Origin: Opitutia bacterium
GTDB lineage: Bacteria > Verrucomicrobiota > Verrucomicrobiia > Opitutales > T3Sed10-336
Length of the DNA: 64,000 nucleotides
Assembly: GCA_050506795.1 (NCBI GenBank)
Contig: JBJHCF010000021.1
Location: forward strand, 1 to 64,000
Reading direction: 5' to 3'
Made by a program: the position numbers and the translations under genes. Below, one piece after another: positions 1-9,411 of this stretch. The notes under the pieces were generated by a model. It ran no database searches. It worked only from the letters and a program-made list of their open reading frames with translations, and had not been told where the DNA came from. Within the stretch, counting starts at the first letter, position 1. Each line of letters opens with the position of its first letter.

Positions 1-72
1 GCGCATCAGCGCCGACCACCATCTCGAACCGCTGTCGGATCAACGTCTGTAGTGAAGACCTTTGGCCCCGCC

Positions 73-3000
73 CTACGCACGGAAGCGCCCTGGCGGACCA
101 TCATAGGCTCCAGTTTCGAAAGTCGGGTTAACCGTGCCGTGGTAAGTCTCCGGTCCGGAACCGCTCATCTCGAATTCAAAGGAAGCGGGACCGGTAAACC
201 CGGGTGCGGGAGTGAAGCGAGCGGTCTTTCCGTCCGGCAAAAGGATCACGCTTCCATTGACCGGTTCGAACACCGAAAACTCCGGTGTCTCCGGATCTCC
301 CCAAACCAGTGACGGAAGGTGAACATCGATAAACGAGTCGCTGAAAGCGTTGATCACCGGCGCTTCCGTATCCGGGTCGGCTACGAATGAATAGGTTCCC
401 GCCTGGACCTCCATCGTTACGGTGCCGTTTCCGATGCTGATCACATTGACCCCTTCCGCCTCGCGGATCGATATTCCGCCCTCGCGAATCTGCCAGCGTT
501 CTTCAGCCGGCAGATTCAATTCCGCGACCGTGTTCGCGGGTACGGTCAGTTCCAGGTGAAGAATGTCGCCTTCGATCTGAAACGCCGCTTCGATGGTTCC
601 TGAAAGCGTTGGCACCCGGATTTCGGCATGCTGGAGGCCTCCCGGCTGCGGCTTAACCGTAAAGCGACGGTGAGCGGGCTCCAGAATCTCAATGCCGAAA
701 ACGCCCTGAGAAACCAAATAAACCGGGGAGCCTCCGGCCGGGTGGGAATAAGTGGTGTTGCCTTTGAGAGAGGGATCCCAGGTCTCCATGGTGGTGCCGG
801 CTCCGATGGCGATCATGTTGCGCCAGCTTCTGAGGTCGTCGCTGGTAAGCAAGGTGACCGCATCATCAGCCCGTCCCAGGGCGAAAAGGGCCTCCACCTG
901 GTAGGCCGCGGAGAAGATGTTGCCCACGATCCGGCGATCAGCCAGGGCTTGAGCCGCTACCGCCTCGCGGTCGGTGGCGATTCCGAAAGAGAGCGGAAAA
1001 ATGCTCGCATGCAGGGCATGGTGGTCGACGTCAAGCCCGTCCCGGTAAAGTCCCGTTTCCGGGTCGAAGAGGTGAGTGTTGATCGCGTTCGCCGCGGTGT
1101 CGGCGAGTCCGGTCAGCTCCTCGGCTTCGTCCTGGCGGCCCAAGGCGTTGGCGATTCGACCGAGATCCCGCACACTGCGCTCGTTGTAGGCGTTGATCAC
1201 GGTGTTGACGTCGGTGAACACGTAGCCGTCGCGCAGTCCGGCCGGCCAATCGATGAGGTCGGTCCAGGCGTCGGGGTGGTGGGCTCCGCCGGGACTTTTG
1301 ACCACCAATCCGCGATGGTCCATGAAATGGCGGATGCTTTTGGTGTCGCGGAGAAGCTCGTAGTAGCGTTCCAGTGAGCGGTCATCGCCGGTCTGAAGGT
1401 AGTCGCGCCAGGCGGCACTGGGTGAGGTGAGTTTCCATTCGGTGGGCCAGGTGTAATTGAAATACAAATACTCGGTGGAGTAACGCGCCAGAGCGAACTC
1501 ACGGTCCAGGGCGTAATGGGCCAGTTGATGGAGGTAGGAGTCGCCTTCGTACGCCCGGCGTTCGCGTGAGGGGGTGTCCATGTAAAGGTCCATGCTCAAG
1601 AGGCGGATGCTGTCGCGCGAGAAGTGCCACACTTCGTCGAGATGCGGGTCCGAGGAGGAAAAAGCCGCGGCTTCGTCGTCGAAGGGATAGATGAGTCCGA
1701 TGCCGACGATGCTTTCCGCCCCCGCGTCTTCCGGAAGATCGTGGATTTCGGCATAACGAAAGACCCGGTATCCAAAATGTTCGAGCGTCTGTTCGCCTTC
1801 GGCCAGGGTCCAGCGGTCGCGATAGTGATTGCCGGTGCGCATTTGAAAACGGACCGTTCCGTTGCTGTTCAGCTCTTCGCCCAGGCGGATGTCGACTTGG
1901 TCGCCTTGGGATCCGTTGACGGTAATTCGGAGCCCGCCCACAACGGTGCGGCCGAAGTCGAGCCGGTAGGCTCCGGGACCGATTTCGTTTACGGCGACCG
2001 GTTCACGGATTTCCCGCTCCAGATTGCGGGTCGGCATTCCGGTCAGACCCTCGATCGAGGGTTTTTCAACCGGTGCGGTCCAGTTTGAGCTGTCGAATCC
2101 GGGGCTGCTGAATCCGTGTGGCCAACGGTCGGCGCGAAGGTATTCCCGCGGCGCGTAATAATAGCTGTCATGCCCCGCGTTGCCCACTTCGAGGAAAAGG
2201 TCCGAGCCGCTGCGGGCTTTCCAGATTTCGGTGTTGGTGGCGATGATTTGGCGTTCGCCGTTGACGTAAACGATGTTGAGCTGGGCCTGTACGGCTTGCC
2301 CCGAGGCGGCGTAGGCGACGAAACCCAGGGTGTTGGCGCCCGTTGCCAGGCGGTCGGTCACGTCGAAGGCATTGTAGAAATTCATGCCGTTATAACCTCG
2401 GGAGGGCCCGATTCCGACGAACTCACCGTTGAGTTCCGCCCGGTACACATGCTGTGCCGCCGGCTCCGGCGACAGACCCGTTGCGTAGAGGGTGGCGTAG
2501 GCGATCGGTTCCGCGGAAACCTCGAAATCGGTACGGAGCAACGCCCAATTGGTGCCGGAGCGGGGAAAGTCGTCCGGGTCGCTGTCCTCGGAGGAAGGTG
2601 AAAACAAACACCGCTCCCCTCGTCCGAGGCGAAGGCCGCCGGCGGTCAGGGTACCGCAGGGAAACGGGTTTTCCGCGATCAGGTCGGAATGCAGAAGCAC
2701 GGTGCCGCCGGCGGAAACCACCTCGAGATTGGCATAGGTCGCCTGTTCGAAATTGCCGTGACGGAAGCCGACCGTTCCGCGGTCGAAGCTGTTGTCCTCG
2801 GTCTCGTCGATCAATTCGCCGTCAATGAAGGTTCGGATGGTGTTTCCGATGGCCTCAATGGAGACGCGGTAGGTGGTTTCCGTCTCCAGGTTGAAAGGAA
2901 GGGGAACGACCTCCAGCGCGAAAGAGCCCCCCTGGAAGACGTGCCGGGCCAGTTCGTTGGGTCCGGAGCGAAGCTGCCACATGTAGTTGTTGTCGGGATC

Positions 3001-3591
3001 GGCGGCGCGGAACCAGACCGTGGCGGCGTTCTCGTGAATGGTGGCGTCAAAGCTGATGGTGTAGTCCTGCCAGTTCCGCCACGGATCGTCCGGGTCGTCC
3101 GCCCATATCGGGTCCGCGATCCAGGTGTCGTGCAACCCGGTACCCAGGACCGCCGGTTCGGCGAAAGGTCCGGCCTGATCGGTTTGGTTCCAGGTGCGCA
3201 CCGTCCAGTAATAGCGGGTGGCCGGTTCCAGCGGTGGCCCGGCGTAGGCGACGGCGGCGTTGGCGGAGCAATCAACCCGGCCCGAGTTCCAGATATCCGC
3301 CTGCCCTGGAGTGAGGAGATCCGGATCGGTGGCGACCAGGATCTGCCGGGCCCGCTGCGTTGCGCCGCGGCGGGGGTCCTGGACTATCCAGGAAAACCGC
3401 GGGGCGGTCAGATCTTCAAGCGCGAGCGGCTGAGGATGCAGATCCACCAGAAGGCCGGTCGGCGCGTCGGGCGCGTCGCTTGCCAACGGCTCGGCCCGAA
3501 TTTTTTGGAAATCGGCGAATACGACTCCCAATCCGAGGCCCAGTGCCACGGTGAGACAGTTTGTATTGCGGAGGGAGAAGGGATTTTTCAT
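73..3591 (-). CDS. Secreted GH78 alpha-L-rhamnosidase-family glycosidase with inserted concanavalin/DUF1080-like domain and C-terminal Ig-like domain
   Basis: Motifs PRFSW..QILVA, LDFGRTVVG, YRVFRYAEI, DTPSRERRAYEGD, GAGTTMETW..SHP. ATG at 3591 (MKNPF..) gives a signal-like N-terminus; the longer 3837 start lies inside a repeat element. Confidence 0.88.
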   Translation of the reverse strand: MKNPFSLRNTNCLTVALGLGLGVVFADFQKIRAEPLASDAPDAPTGLLVDLHPQPLALEDLTAPRFSWIVQDPRRGATQRARQILVATDPDLLTPGQADIWNSGRVDCSANAAVAYAGPPLEPATRYYWTVRTWNQTDQAGPFAEPAVLGTGLHDTWIADPIWADDPDDPWRNWQDYTISFDATIHENAATVWFRAADPDNNYMWQLRSGPNELARHVFQGGSFALEVVPLPFNLETETTYRVSIEAIGNTIRTFIDGELIDETEDNSFDRGTVGFRHGNFEQATYANLEVVSAGGTVLLHSDLIAENPFPCGTLTAGGLRLGRGERCLFSPSSEDSDPDDFPRSGTNWALLRTDFEVSAEPIAYATLYATGLSPEPAAQHVYRAELNGEFVGIGPSRGYNGMNFYNAFDVTDRLATGANTLGFVAYAASGQAVQAQLNIVYVNGERQIIATNTEIWKARSGSDLFLEVGNAGHDSYYYAPREYLRADRWPHGFSSPGFDSSNWTAPVEKPSIEGLTGMPTRNLEREIREPVAVNEIGPGAYRLDFGRTVVGGLRITVNGSQGDQVDIRLGEELNSNGTVRFQMRTGNHYRDRWTLAEGEQTLEHFGYRVFRYAEIHDLPEDAGAESIVGIGLIYPFDDEAAAFSSSDPHLDEVWHFSRDSIRLLSMDLYMDTPSRERRAYEGDSYLHQLAHYALDREFALARYSTEYLYFNYTWPTEWKLTSPSAAWRDYLQTGDDRSLERYYELLRDTKSIRHFMDHRGLVVKSPGGAHHPDAWTDLIDWPAGLRDGYVFTDVNTVINAYNERSVRDLGRIANALGRQDEAEELTGLADTAANAINTHLFDPETGLYRDGLDVDHHALHASIFPLSFGIATDREAVAAQALADRRIVGNIFSAAYQVEALFALGRADDAVTLLTSDDLRSWRNMIAIGAGTTMETWDPSLKGNTTYSHPAGGSPVYLVSQGVFGIEILEPAHRRFTVKPQPGGLQHAEIRVPTLSGTIEAAFQIEGDILHLELTVPANTVAELNLPAEERWQIREGGISIREAEGVNVISIGNGTVTMEVQAGTYSFVADPDTEAPVINAFSDSFIDVHLPSLVWGDPETPEFSVFEPVNGSVILLPDGKTARFTPAPGFTGPASFEFEMSGSGPETYHGTVNPTFETGAYDGPPGRFRA

Positions 3592-3781
3592 GAGAAGGTG
3601 ACGTTTGAATCTGCCGTAGCCGGTCACGGTCGGCGATCCGAAAAATGAGCCAATCCGGACCAAAGTATTACGTGGCTTGTCGTTTTTTTCATACCAATCG
3701 AGGGAAATAAGACGCCGGTGCGGTAGTGTGGCACAAGCGCTGGGAACGCGGCAAAAGCTTTGCCACTTGAATCGTTGCCGG

Positions 3782-3960
3782 GATCGCGCTTCCCTTTCCT
3801 GGAGGGCAGCGCTCCCGCGCCGCCGCTGTGCGGGCAAGATGCCCGCGCGGGGCCATGGGGGAGCATGGCCCTTCAGCGTGGAAGGCGGAGCTCCCGCGCC
3901 GACGGCCCGCCAGGGAAAAACGGATGCGATTCGGTTACGCCTAAACTGCTACGATTCAAC
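3782..3960 (+). repeat. Composite palindromic (REPIN/MITE-like) element, copy 1 of 4, with an extra REP half
   Basis: TGGAGGGCAGCGCTCCCGCGCCGCC..GCGGGCAAGATGCCCGC..CCATGGGGGAGCATGGCCCTTCA..GATGCGATTCGGTTA; matches 12798, 28338 and 32424. Confidence 0.9.
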
Positions 3961-4148
3961 TTCCATAACCCTGGCATTCTCTCCAGCTCGAAATGGGCGG
4001 CGCCATTAGTTCTCGCGATCGACCGGAAATCTACCCAGCCTGATGCTTTCGAAAGGGAGACGAAAAAGCACGGACCATTGCGGATGAACATCGGGGTTAG
4101 GAATCGGGTCGATATTCAGGAAAGCCGGTGCTTTAACGGAACAGAGAC

Positions 4149-4676
4149 GTGAGCCATCGTATTGTGGAATTACTGCGCGCCTATCGGGAGCGTCCGTCCG
4201 AGGAGGCGGAAAAGGGATTGCGCGAGTTTATCGCCGAGCGGGATCCGCACCTGTTCTCCCATCATCCCCCTGAGCAAACCTTCCGGGACCACGTATGGCG
4301 GATAGGCGGCCTCTATTTCTGCAAGGGCTGCGTCATGACGGCCGCCGGGATGGTTTTCGGCCTGCTGTTGTTCGCCCTGACGCGGTGGCTGACGCTGCTC
4401 GATGACCTGCAAGTCGGGGGCGTGTTCGTTCTCTTGCTGACGCCCACCCTGATCACGCACCTGCTGGATCTGCCGCGCCCCTGGAAGCATCTCAGTCGCT
4501 TTCTCCTGGGATTCCTGATCATCTCGGCGATTTTCATGTTGTTTGTCACCGACTCCTGGTGGGTGCGGGGGGTGATCGTGGGCACCTATCTCGCCGTGAG
4601 GGTGCCGCTGGAGCGCAAACGCGATCGGATGAACCGTAAGTTGTCGAATACGAACGGGAACGGGTCCGGCACCTGA
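4149..4676 (+). CDS. Membrane protein, DUF2085-like
   Basis: SHHP..GGLYFCKGC motif followed by about 4 hydrophobic helices; GTG start. Confidence 0.6.
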   Translation: MSHRIVELLRAYRERPSEEAEKGLREFIAERDPHLFSHHPPEQTFRDHVWRIGGLYFCKGCVMTAAGMVFGLLLFALTRWLTLLDDLQVGGVFVLLLTPTLITHLLDLPRPWKHLSRFLLGFLIISAIFMLFVTDSWWVRGVIVGTYLAVRVPLERKRDRMNRKLSNTNGNGSGT

Positions 4677-4767
4677 GCGGATCTCTCAGCGACGGGCTCA
4701 GGGCTGCTCCGGAGAGAAAAAAAGCCGATTTGGTGTTATTATTCGGAGGAAGGGGAGTATTTTTTAT

Positions 4768-6570
4768 ATGATTTCCAAGCGATGGGAAGTGGTGACGGCT
4801 GTGCTGGCGGGTGTGTTTGGGGGCTGGTGTGCCTGTTTGACGGCTTCGGCCGCGTCGCCCGAACTGGTGCTGAATCATCCGGATGTCCCCTATTTTAACG
4901 CCAACTCATTGGATCAACCCCGCCTGGAAGCCGTCCTGACCCGCAACGGTGAAGTGGTGGAGGATCTGCGTTACGATCCCTGGACGGGCAATATCGAAAT
5001 GGCGCCTGCGGTGTTCAAGGCGTTCATCGATACCGGGGCCTCCGGTTTTACCATCAGCCACCTCCATGCCGAGGTGAATGAATACACGGAGGCCGTTTTC
5101 CTCGGATTCACGCCGGAGGAGATAATCGGCCAGTACACCAATCTGGGCCTGGGGGGCGAGGAGATTGGCGATGTGGTCGGGCAGTTCGGCCTGCGGATCC
5201 GCAATGGCCCGGTGGACCCTTTTGGCATGGCGGGCGATTTTTTGGAGGAGTTCGTGCCGTACGAAAGCGGTTTTGACTTGTGGTTGCGCCGAGCCCAGGG
5301 AGTGGGGGAGGTGAACGAGGTCGATCTCGGCGGCGGCATGGTTTATCAATTAGTGAGTCCGGTTAACATTATCGGTATGCCGGTGATCGAACAGCGCATC
5401 ATGGTGATGAACTGGGCCCGCAATGAATTCCTGGAAGAGCTTTTCCCTGAAATTCGGGAGATGCACACCTTTCTCCTCGGACAGGGGGACTCGGGCATAC
5501 CGGAGACGAACGTGACGCTCGATCTGGAGATGCGGGATTTTGTAGGCGAACCTGAACCGGGAGAGGTCAATCCATCGACCAGCCGGAATCCCCTGTTGAA
5601 CAATGTCGCCATCAGTCACGATCCGGAACGCGATGCCGTGGTGGGTGACTGGCTCTTCGACACTGGGGCGGGCGCGTCCTTTATCAGCTTCGACTGGGCT
5701 CAGGCGGTTGGTTTGATTCCGGAGGAGTTCGAAGATTTGGAGGCTTTCCTGGTGGAGCATCAGGCGGCTCAGGGGATCATCTCCCAAGTGGGTGGCATCG
5801 GTCCGAACACGGTTACCGTTCCGGTCCTCGAGTTGAATGAAATTCGTATTCCGGCCCGCGAGGGATTCGACCTGGTTTGGCGCAACGTCAAGATCCTGGT
5901 TTTCGAACATCCTGAACTGGCCGAGCTCGGCCTGGAGGGAATCTTCGGGATGAACCTGGTGGGCCCGGCGGTGACCATCGACGCCAATGTGCTGGAGGGT
6001 GTGAACGTTTCCGATCCGACTCTCCTGCTCACCTTTTTCGACGATATTTCTCCCTCTCCCTTCTCTTCACTGGTGTTCGAGGTGACCGGTGAGGAGACCG
6101 CCGAACTGCGGCTGTTCACGGACCGGGAGATACCGGCGAGCGATTCGCCGATTTCCTTTGCCACCTGGCGCCAGCAGCAATTTGGCCCGGATGCGGACGA
6201 TGACGCTGTCAGCGGCCCCTTGGCCGACCCGGGCAATTTCGGTTTGCCCAACCTCTTGCGGTTCGGATTTGCCATGGAGGGCGCCAAGCCGCAATGGGAG
6301 CACCTGCCCGTCGTGACCTGGGCGGCGGCTCCGGCCGGTGACGGTGCGAACGGTGGACCGGTTTTGGTTTTCCGGCGTTATCGCAACGCCACCAGCGTCG
6401 ACTACCGGGTGGAATTCTCCCCTGATCTGGAACAGTGGGTGAGCGCCGAAGAGGTGACCTGGGAAGTGACCCCTCTGGATATGGAACGCGAGTCCGTTTC
6501 CGCCCAAATCCACGATCCGCTTCCCCTGGATCGCGTTTTCCTCCGGGTGGTGGTGGAAAAAATCGATTGA
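4768..6570 (+). CDS. Secreted two-lobed aspartic protease (retropepsin/pepsin-like) with Verrucomicrobia-type C-terminal tail
   Basis: Signal peptide; FIDTGASG + NIIGMP and LFDTGAGAS + GIFGMN; tail SFATWRQQQF..ADP..GLPNLL..YRVEFSPDLEQW..RVFLRVVV. Confidence 0.8.
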   Translation: MISKRWEVVTAVLAGVFGGWCACLTASAASPELVLNHPDVPYFNANSLDQPRLEAVLTRNGEVVEDLRYDPWTGNIEMAPAVFKAFIDTGASGFTISHLHAEVNEYTEAVFLGFTPEEIIGQYTNLGLGGEEIGDVVGQFGLRIRNGPVDPFGMAGDFLEEFVPYESGFDLWLRRAQGVGEVNEVDLGGGMVYQLVSPVNIIGMPVIEQRIMVMNWARNEFLEELFPEIREMHTFLLGQGDSGIPETNVTLDLEMRDFVGEPEPGEVNPSTSRNPLLNNVAISHDPERDAVVGDWLFDTGAGASFISFDWAQAVGLIPEEFEDLEAFLVEHQAAQGIISQVGGIGPNTVTVPVLELNEIRIPAREGFDLVWRNVKILVFEHPELAELGLEGIFGMNLVGPAVTIDANVLEGVNVSDPTLLLTFFDDISPSPFSSLVFEVTGEETAELRLFTDREIPASDSPISFATWRQQQFGPDADDDAVSGPLADPGNFGLPNLLRFGFAMEGAKPQWEHLPVVTWAAAPAGDGANGGPVLVFRRYRNATSVDYRVEFSPDLEQWVSAEEVTWEVTPLDMERESVSAQIHDPLPLDRVFLRVVVEKID

Positions 6571-6620
6571 TTAGCATCCTGTCGGGCTTAGGCGATCGCC
6601 TAAGTCCGACAGGATGCTAA
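6571..6620. repeat. 50-bp near-perfect spacerless palindrome
   Basis: TTAGCATCCTGTCGGGCTTAGGCGA|TCGCCTAAGTCCGACAGGATGCTAA, one mismatch, directly after the protease stop codon. Confidence 0.9.
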
Positions 6621-6836
6621 ATGGGGAAACATCATGACAAGACGTCTCCTTGTTTTGAGTGTCTCTGCCAGTGCCCCATTTTTATCCGCCTCCATCCGCG
6701 GTTCCCCGACTTTTTCTCCGTTGATCTGTAAACTCCGGATCCCCCTCACCCCAGAGCACTGCACTTCACAACCTCGATGGCCTCCCTCTCCCCAGAAAAT
6801 TCCCCCTCGCCTCCGTCCCCGTCCCACCCACCTCGC

Positions 6837-6868
6837 TTGACACTCCCCGAATGTGCGTCATAATGTGC
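6837..6868 (+). promoter_or_regulatory. Sigma70-like promoter of vapBC with direct-repeat operator; probably leaderless
   Basis: TTGACA(6837)-N16-CATAAT(6859); AATGTGC repeated at 6850 and 6862; ATG follows the -10 after 7 nt. Confidence 0.65.
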
Positions 6869-6871
6869 TGC

Positions 6872-7129
6872 ATGAAAACGGTGACGGTACGGGAGGCGCA
6901 GCATAATCTGGCGGCGGTTTTGCGCCGGGTGGAGGCGGGGGAGGAGATTGAGGTGGTACGCCGCAAGCGGCCGGTAGCGCGAATCGTTCCGGTGCATTCT
7001 CCCGGGGAGGCTTCCGGTTTGGTCGACTGGTCGGATTTGCCGGAAAGGTTGGATCGGATTTGGAAGGGGGAGCGTGCCGGAGGAACGCCGACGGATGAGA
7101 TCCTTGACGACCTTCGCGGCGACCGATGA
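6872..7129 (+). CDS. vapB: Phd/YefM-family antitoxin
   Basis: MKTVTVREAQHNLAAVLRRVEAGEEIEVVRRKRPVARIVP is a typical prevent-host-death N-terminus; overlaps toxin start (ATGA). Confidence 0.9.
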   Translation: MKTVTVREAQHNLAAVLRRVEAGEEIEVVRRKRPVARIVPVHSPGEASGLVDWSDLPERLDRIWKGERAGGTPTDEILDDLRGDR

Positions 7130-7590
7130 CCCAGCCTTACCTGGATACCGGACTTGTCGTCAAGTTGATCGTCAAGGAGCCGCTCAGCGGCAAAGTTCAG
7201 GCGTTTTTGGCGGAGCGGAAGCTGGCCGTGCCCTATACCCGGCTGATCGAGATCGAAACCGTGAATACGTTACACGCGAAGTGTTTTCGCGGCGATATGA
7301 CCCGCGCCCAGTTGAACCAGTGCAAAAAATTGATTGCGGAGCTGTTGGGGGAGGGACGTTTTTTTCGGCCGTTATTGTCCCTCGACGAGATCGCCGAAGA
7401 GACCCTGAAACGGTTGCCCGCGATCACCGGCGCCACCGGATGCCGAACCCTCGATCTCATGCACATTGTAAGCGCCAGGCTCCTCGGGTGGCGTGAGTTC
7501 GTTTCGACCGATCAACGTCAAATCCGCGCCGCCGCCGCCGCCAAACTCAAGCCCGTCGACCTGACCAATTGGACGCCCAAACGCCCATAA
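7126..7590 (+). CDS. vapC: PIN-domain toxin
   Basis: YLDTG..E..RTLDLMHI..FVSTDQRQ PIN acidic motifs, coupled to the antitoxin. Confidence 0.9.
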   Translation: MTQPYLDTGLVVKLIVKEPLSGKVQAFLAERKLAVPYTRLIEIETVNTLHAKCFRGDMTRAQLNQCKKLIAELLGEGRFFRPLLSLDEIAEETLKRLPAITGATGCRTLDLMHIVSARLLGWREFVSTDQRQIRAAAAAKLKPVDLTNWTPKRP

Positions 7591-7628
7591 CAAAACAAAC
7601 CAGCGCCCAAAAGCCCCATCCCTCAAAT

Positions 7629-7663
7629 CCCACGCCCTTCGCCCCACGTCCCACGCCTCCCGC
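7629..7663 (-). repeat. Five heptamer tandem repeats (CCCACGC-like) abutting the stop codon of the TrmH-family gene
   Basis: CCCACGC CCTTCGC CCCACGT CCCACGC CTCCCGC. Confidence 0.8.
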
Positions 7664-8467
7664 TCACCCTCCACGCTGCCGCACCGCTTCAAACAGCGTG
7701 ATCACGGTGGCCATGGCGACATTGAGCGAATCCGCCTGGCCGGCCATGGGGATGCGGACTTTTTCGTCGGCGGCGTCCAGCAAGGTTTCGCTGAGGCCGT
7801 ACTGTTCGCTGCCCATGAGGATGGCGATCGGGCCGCGCAGGTTGGCGTCGGTGTAGAGCAGGTCGGTGTCCGGGGTCGTCGCCACGGAACGGATACGGCG
7901 TTCGCGCAGGAAGGCGAGCATTTCGTCCGTGCCGGTGATTACGAGCGGCACGGAAAACAGCACCCCGGTGGAGGCCCGTACGACGTTGGGATTGAAAATA
8001 TCGGTGACCGGATCGCAGAGCAGCACCGCGTCCACCCCCGCCGCGTCCGCGGCGCGGAGGAGGGTGCCGAGATTGCCGGGTTTTTCGATCGATTCGGCGA
8101 CCAGGAGAAGCGGTTCCGGCGGCAGCTTTAGATCGGTCAGCGCGCGCTTCCACTGCGGCGCGACGCCCAGCAGACCGTCGGGGCGTTCGCGATAGGCGCA
8201 CTTGGAGAAGGCCTGACGCGAAAGCTCGAAAAGACGGGCGCCGGCGGCTTCGGCTCGCTGCAGCAGGGCGTCTTCATTCTCGCCGAGAAACCATTCCGGA
8301 GCGAAATAAACTTCGCTTACAGGAATCCCTTTTTCCAATGCGCGTGTCAGTTCGCGGTAGCCTTCGATCAGAAACAACCCCTGACGGTCCCGTTGCCGGC
8401 GCTCCCGGAGCTTGACCAGGTTTTTTAAGCGTGGGTTCTGCAGGCTGGTGATGAGTTCGATCGACAT
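7664..8467 (-). CDS. TrmH/SpoU-family RNA methyltransferase
   Basis: ITSLQNPRLK, FLIEG, EKPGNLGTLLRAADAAG, MGSEQYGL, IPMAGQADSLNVA. Confidence 0.93.
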   Translation of the reverse strand: MSIELITSLQNPRLKNLVKLRERRQRDRQGLFLIEGYRELTRALEKGIPVSEVYFAPEWFLGENEDALLQRAEAAGARLFELSRQAFSKCAYRERPDGLLGVAPQWKRALTDLKLPPEPLLLVAESIEKPGNLGTLLRAADAAGVDAVLLCDPVTDIFNPNVVRASTGVLFSVPLVITGTDEMLAFLRERRIRSVATTPDTDLLYTDANLRGPIAILMGSEQYGLSETLLDAADEKVRIPMAGQADSLNVAMATVITLFEAVRQRGG

Positions 8468-8522
8468 GACGGCGCTGCGCATAGCAGAAGCACAAACCGG
8501 CTAAAAAGGGAAGGGTGGAGTG

Positions 8523-8560
8523 GGGGCGAAGGGGCGAAGGGGCGAGGGGCGAAAGGGCGG
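8523..8560 (+). repeat. G-rich 7/8-mer tandem repeats (GGGGCGAA)
   Basis: GGGGCGAA GGGGCGAA GGGGCGA GGGGCGAA AGGGCGG. Confidence 0.8.
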
Positions 8561-8649
8561 GGGGGTAGCGGAGTCCGACCGGGGGGGAGGGCACCGGCTT
8601 GACTCTGGGTTAGGTGCGGGGGTAGCGTTTTAGCTTCTTTATTATTGTT

Positions 8650-9375
8650 ATGCGCACAGGAATCACGGTTGTCGTTTTTGCTTTTTTTCTCGTATTTTCC
8701 GCCGGGTTGGATGGGGAGGAACTGGACCCGATTCTTGAGCGACACTATGAGGCGCGGGGTGGGCTGGAGCGCTTGCGGGCGGTGGAATCGCTGCAAATGA
8801 CGGGAGTCAATCGCTTTCAGGATCAGGAGATCTCGGTTCGTTACCTGGCCAAGCGACCCAACCTGTTGCGCATGGAGTCGTCCTCGCCGCAAATGGGTCT
8901 GATCAGGGCTTTTGATGGCGAGGAGGCCTGGCAGGCGTTTAGCCAGTCCGGGGCCCCGTTGCAAAGTATTCCCATGAACCGGCAGGATGCTGTGGAGGTG
9001 ATCCGGGAAAGCGACTTCGACGGCCCGCTGGTGGATTATGAGGAAAAGGGGCACCGGATCGAGTACCTGGGAAAGGATATGATCGGAGAGCGGGAGGTGC
9101 ACCGATTGCGCCTGACCGAGGCCGCCGGGGTCACCGAAACCTATTACCTCGACACACAGACGTATCTGGTGGTGTTGAAAACCACCAATGTCGCGGTGGA
9201 GGGCGGTCACATCGAGTTTAACCTGCATTACGATGATTTCCGCGAGGTGGACGGCGTGGTGTTTCCCTTTAGAACCACGGCGACCTCTGAGGATCAAGTC
9301 GTCTTTGTGGGAACCATTTCCGAAATTGAGGTTAATGTTGATCTCGACCACGCGATTTTCCAGCAGCCCGAGTAG
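8650..9375 (+). CDS. Exported LolA-like / outer-membrane lipoprotein-sorting family protein
   Basis: Signal peptide; ILERHYEARGGLERLRAVESL..AFDGEEAW..YDDFREVDGVVFPF..NVDLDHAIFQQP. Confidence 0.7.
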   Translation: MRTGITVVVFAFFLVFSAGLDGEELDPILERHYEARGGLERLRAVESLQMTGVNRFQDQEISVRYLAKRPNLLRMESSSPQMGLIRAFDGEEAWQAFSQSGAPLQSIPMNRQDAVEVIRESDFDGPLVDYEEKGHRIEYLGKDMIGEREVHRLRLTEAAGVTETYYLDTQTYLVVLKTTNVAVEGGHIEFNLHYDDFREVDGVVFPFRTTATSEDQVVFVGTISEIEVNVDLDHAIFQQPE

Positions 9376-9411
9376 CGTTCGGCCGCCATCGGCGATGTTT
9401 GCATCAAACTG

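Noticed and set aside
3592..3837. N-terminal extension of the GH78 ORF
   Set aside because: Starts at a TTG inside a repeat element; the ATG at 3591 gives a plausible signal peptide.
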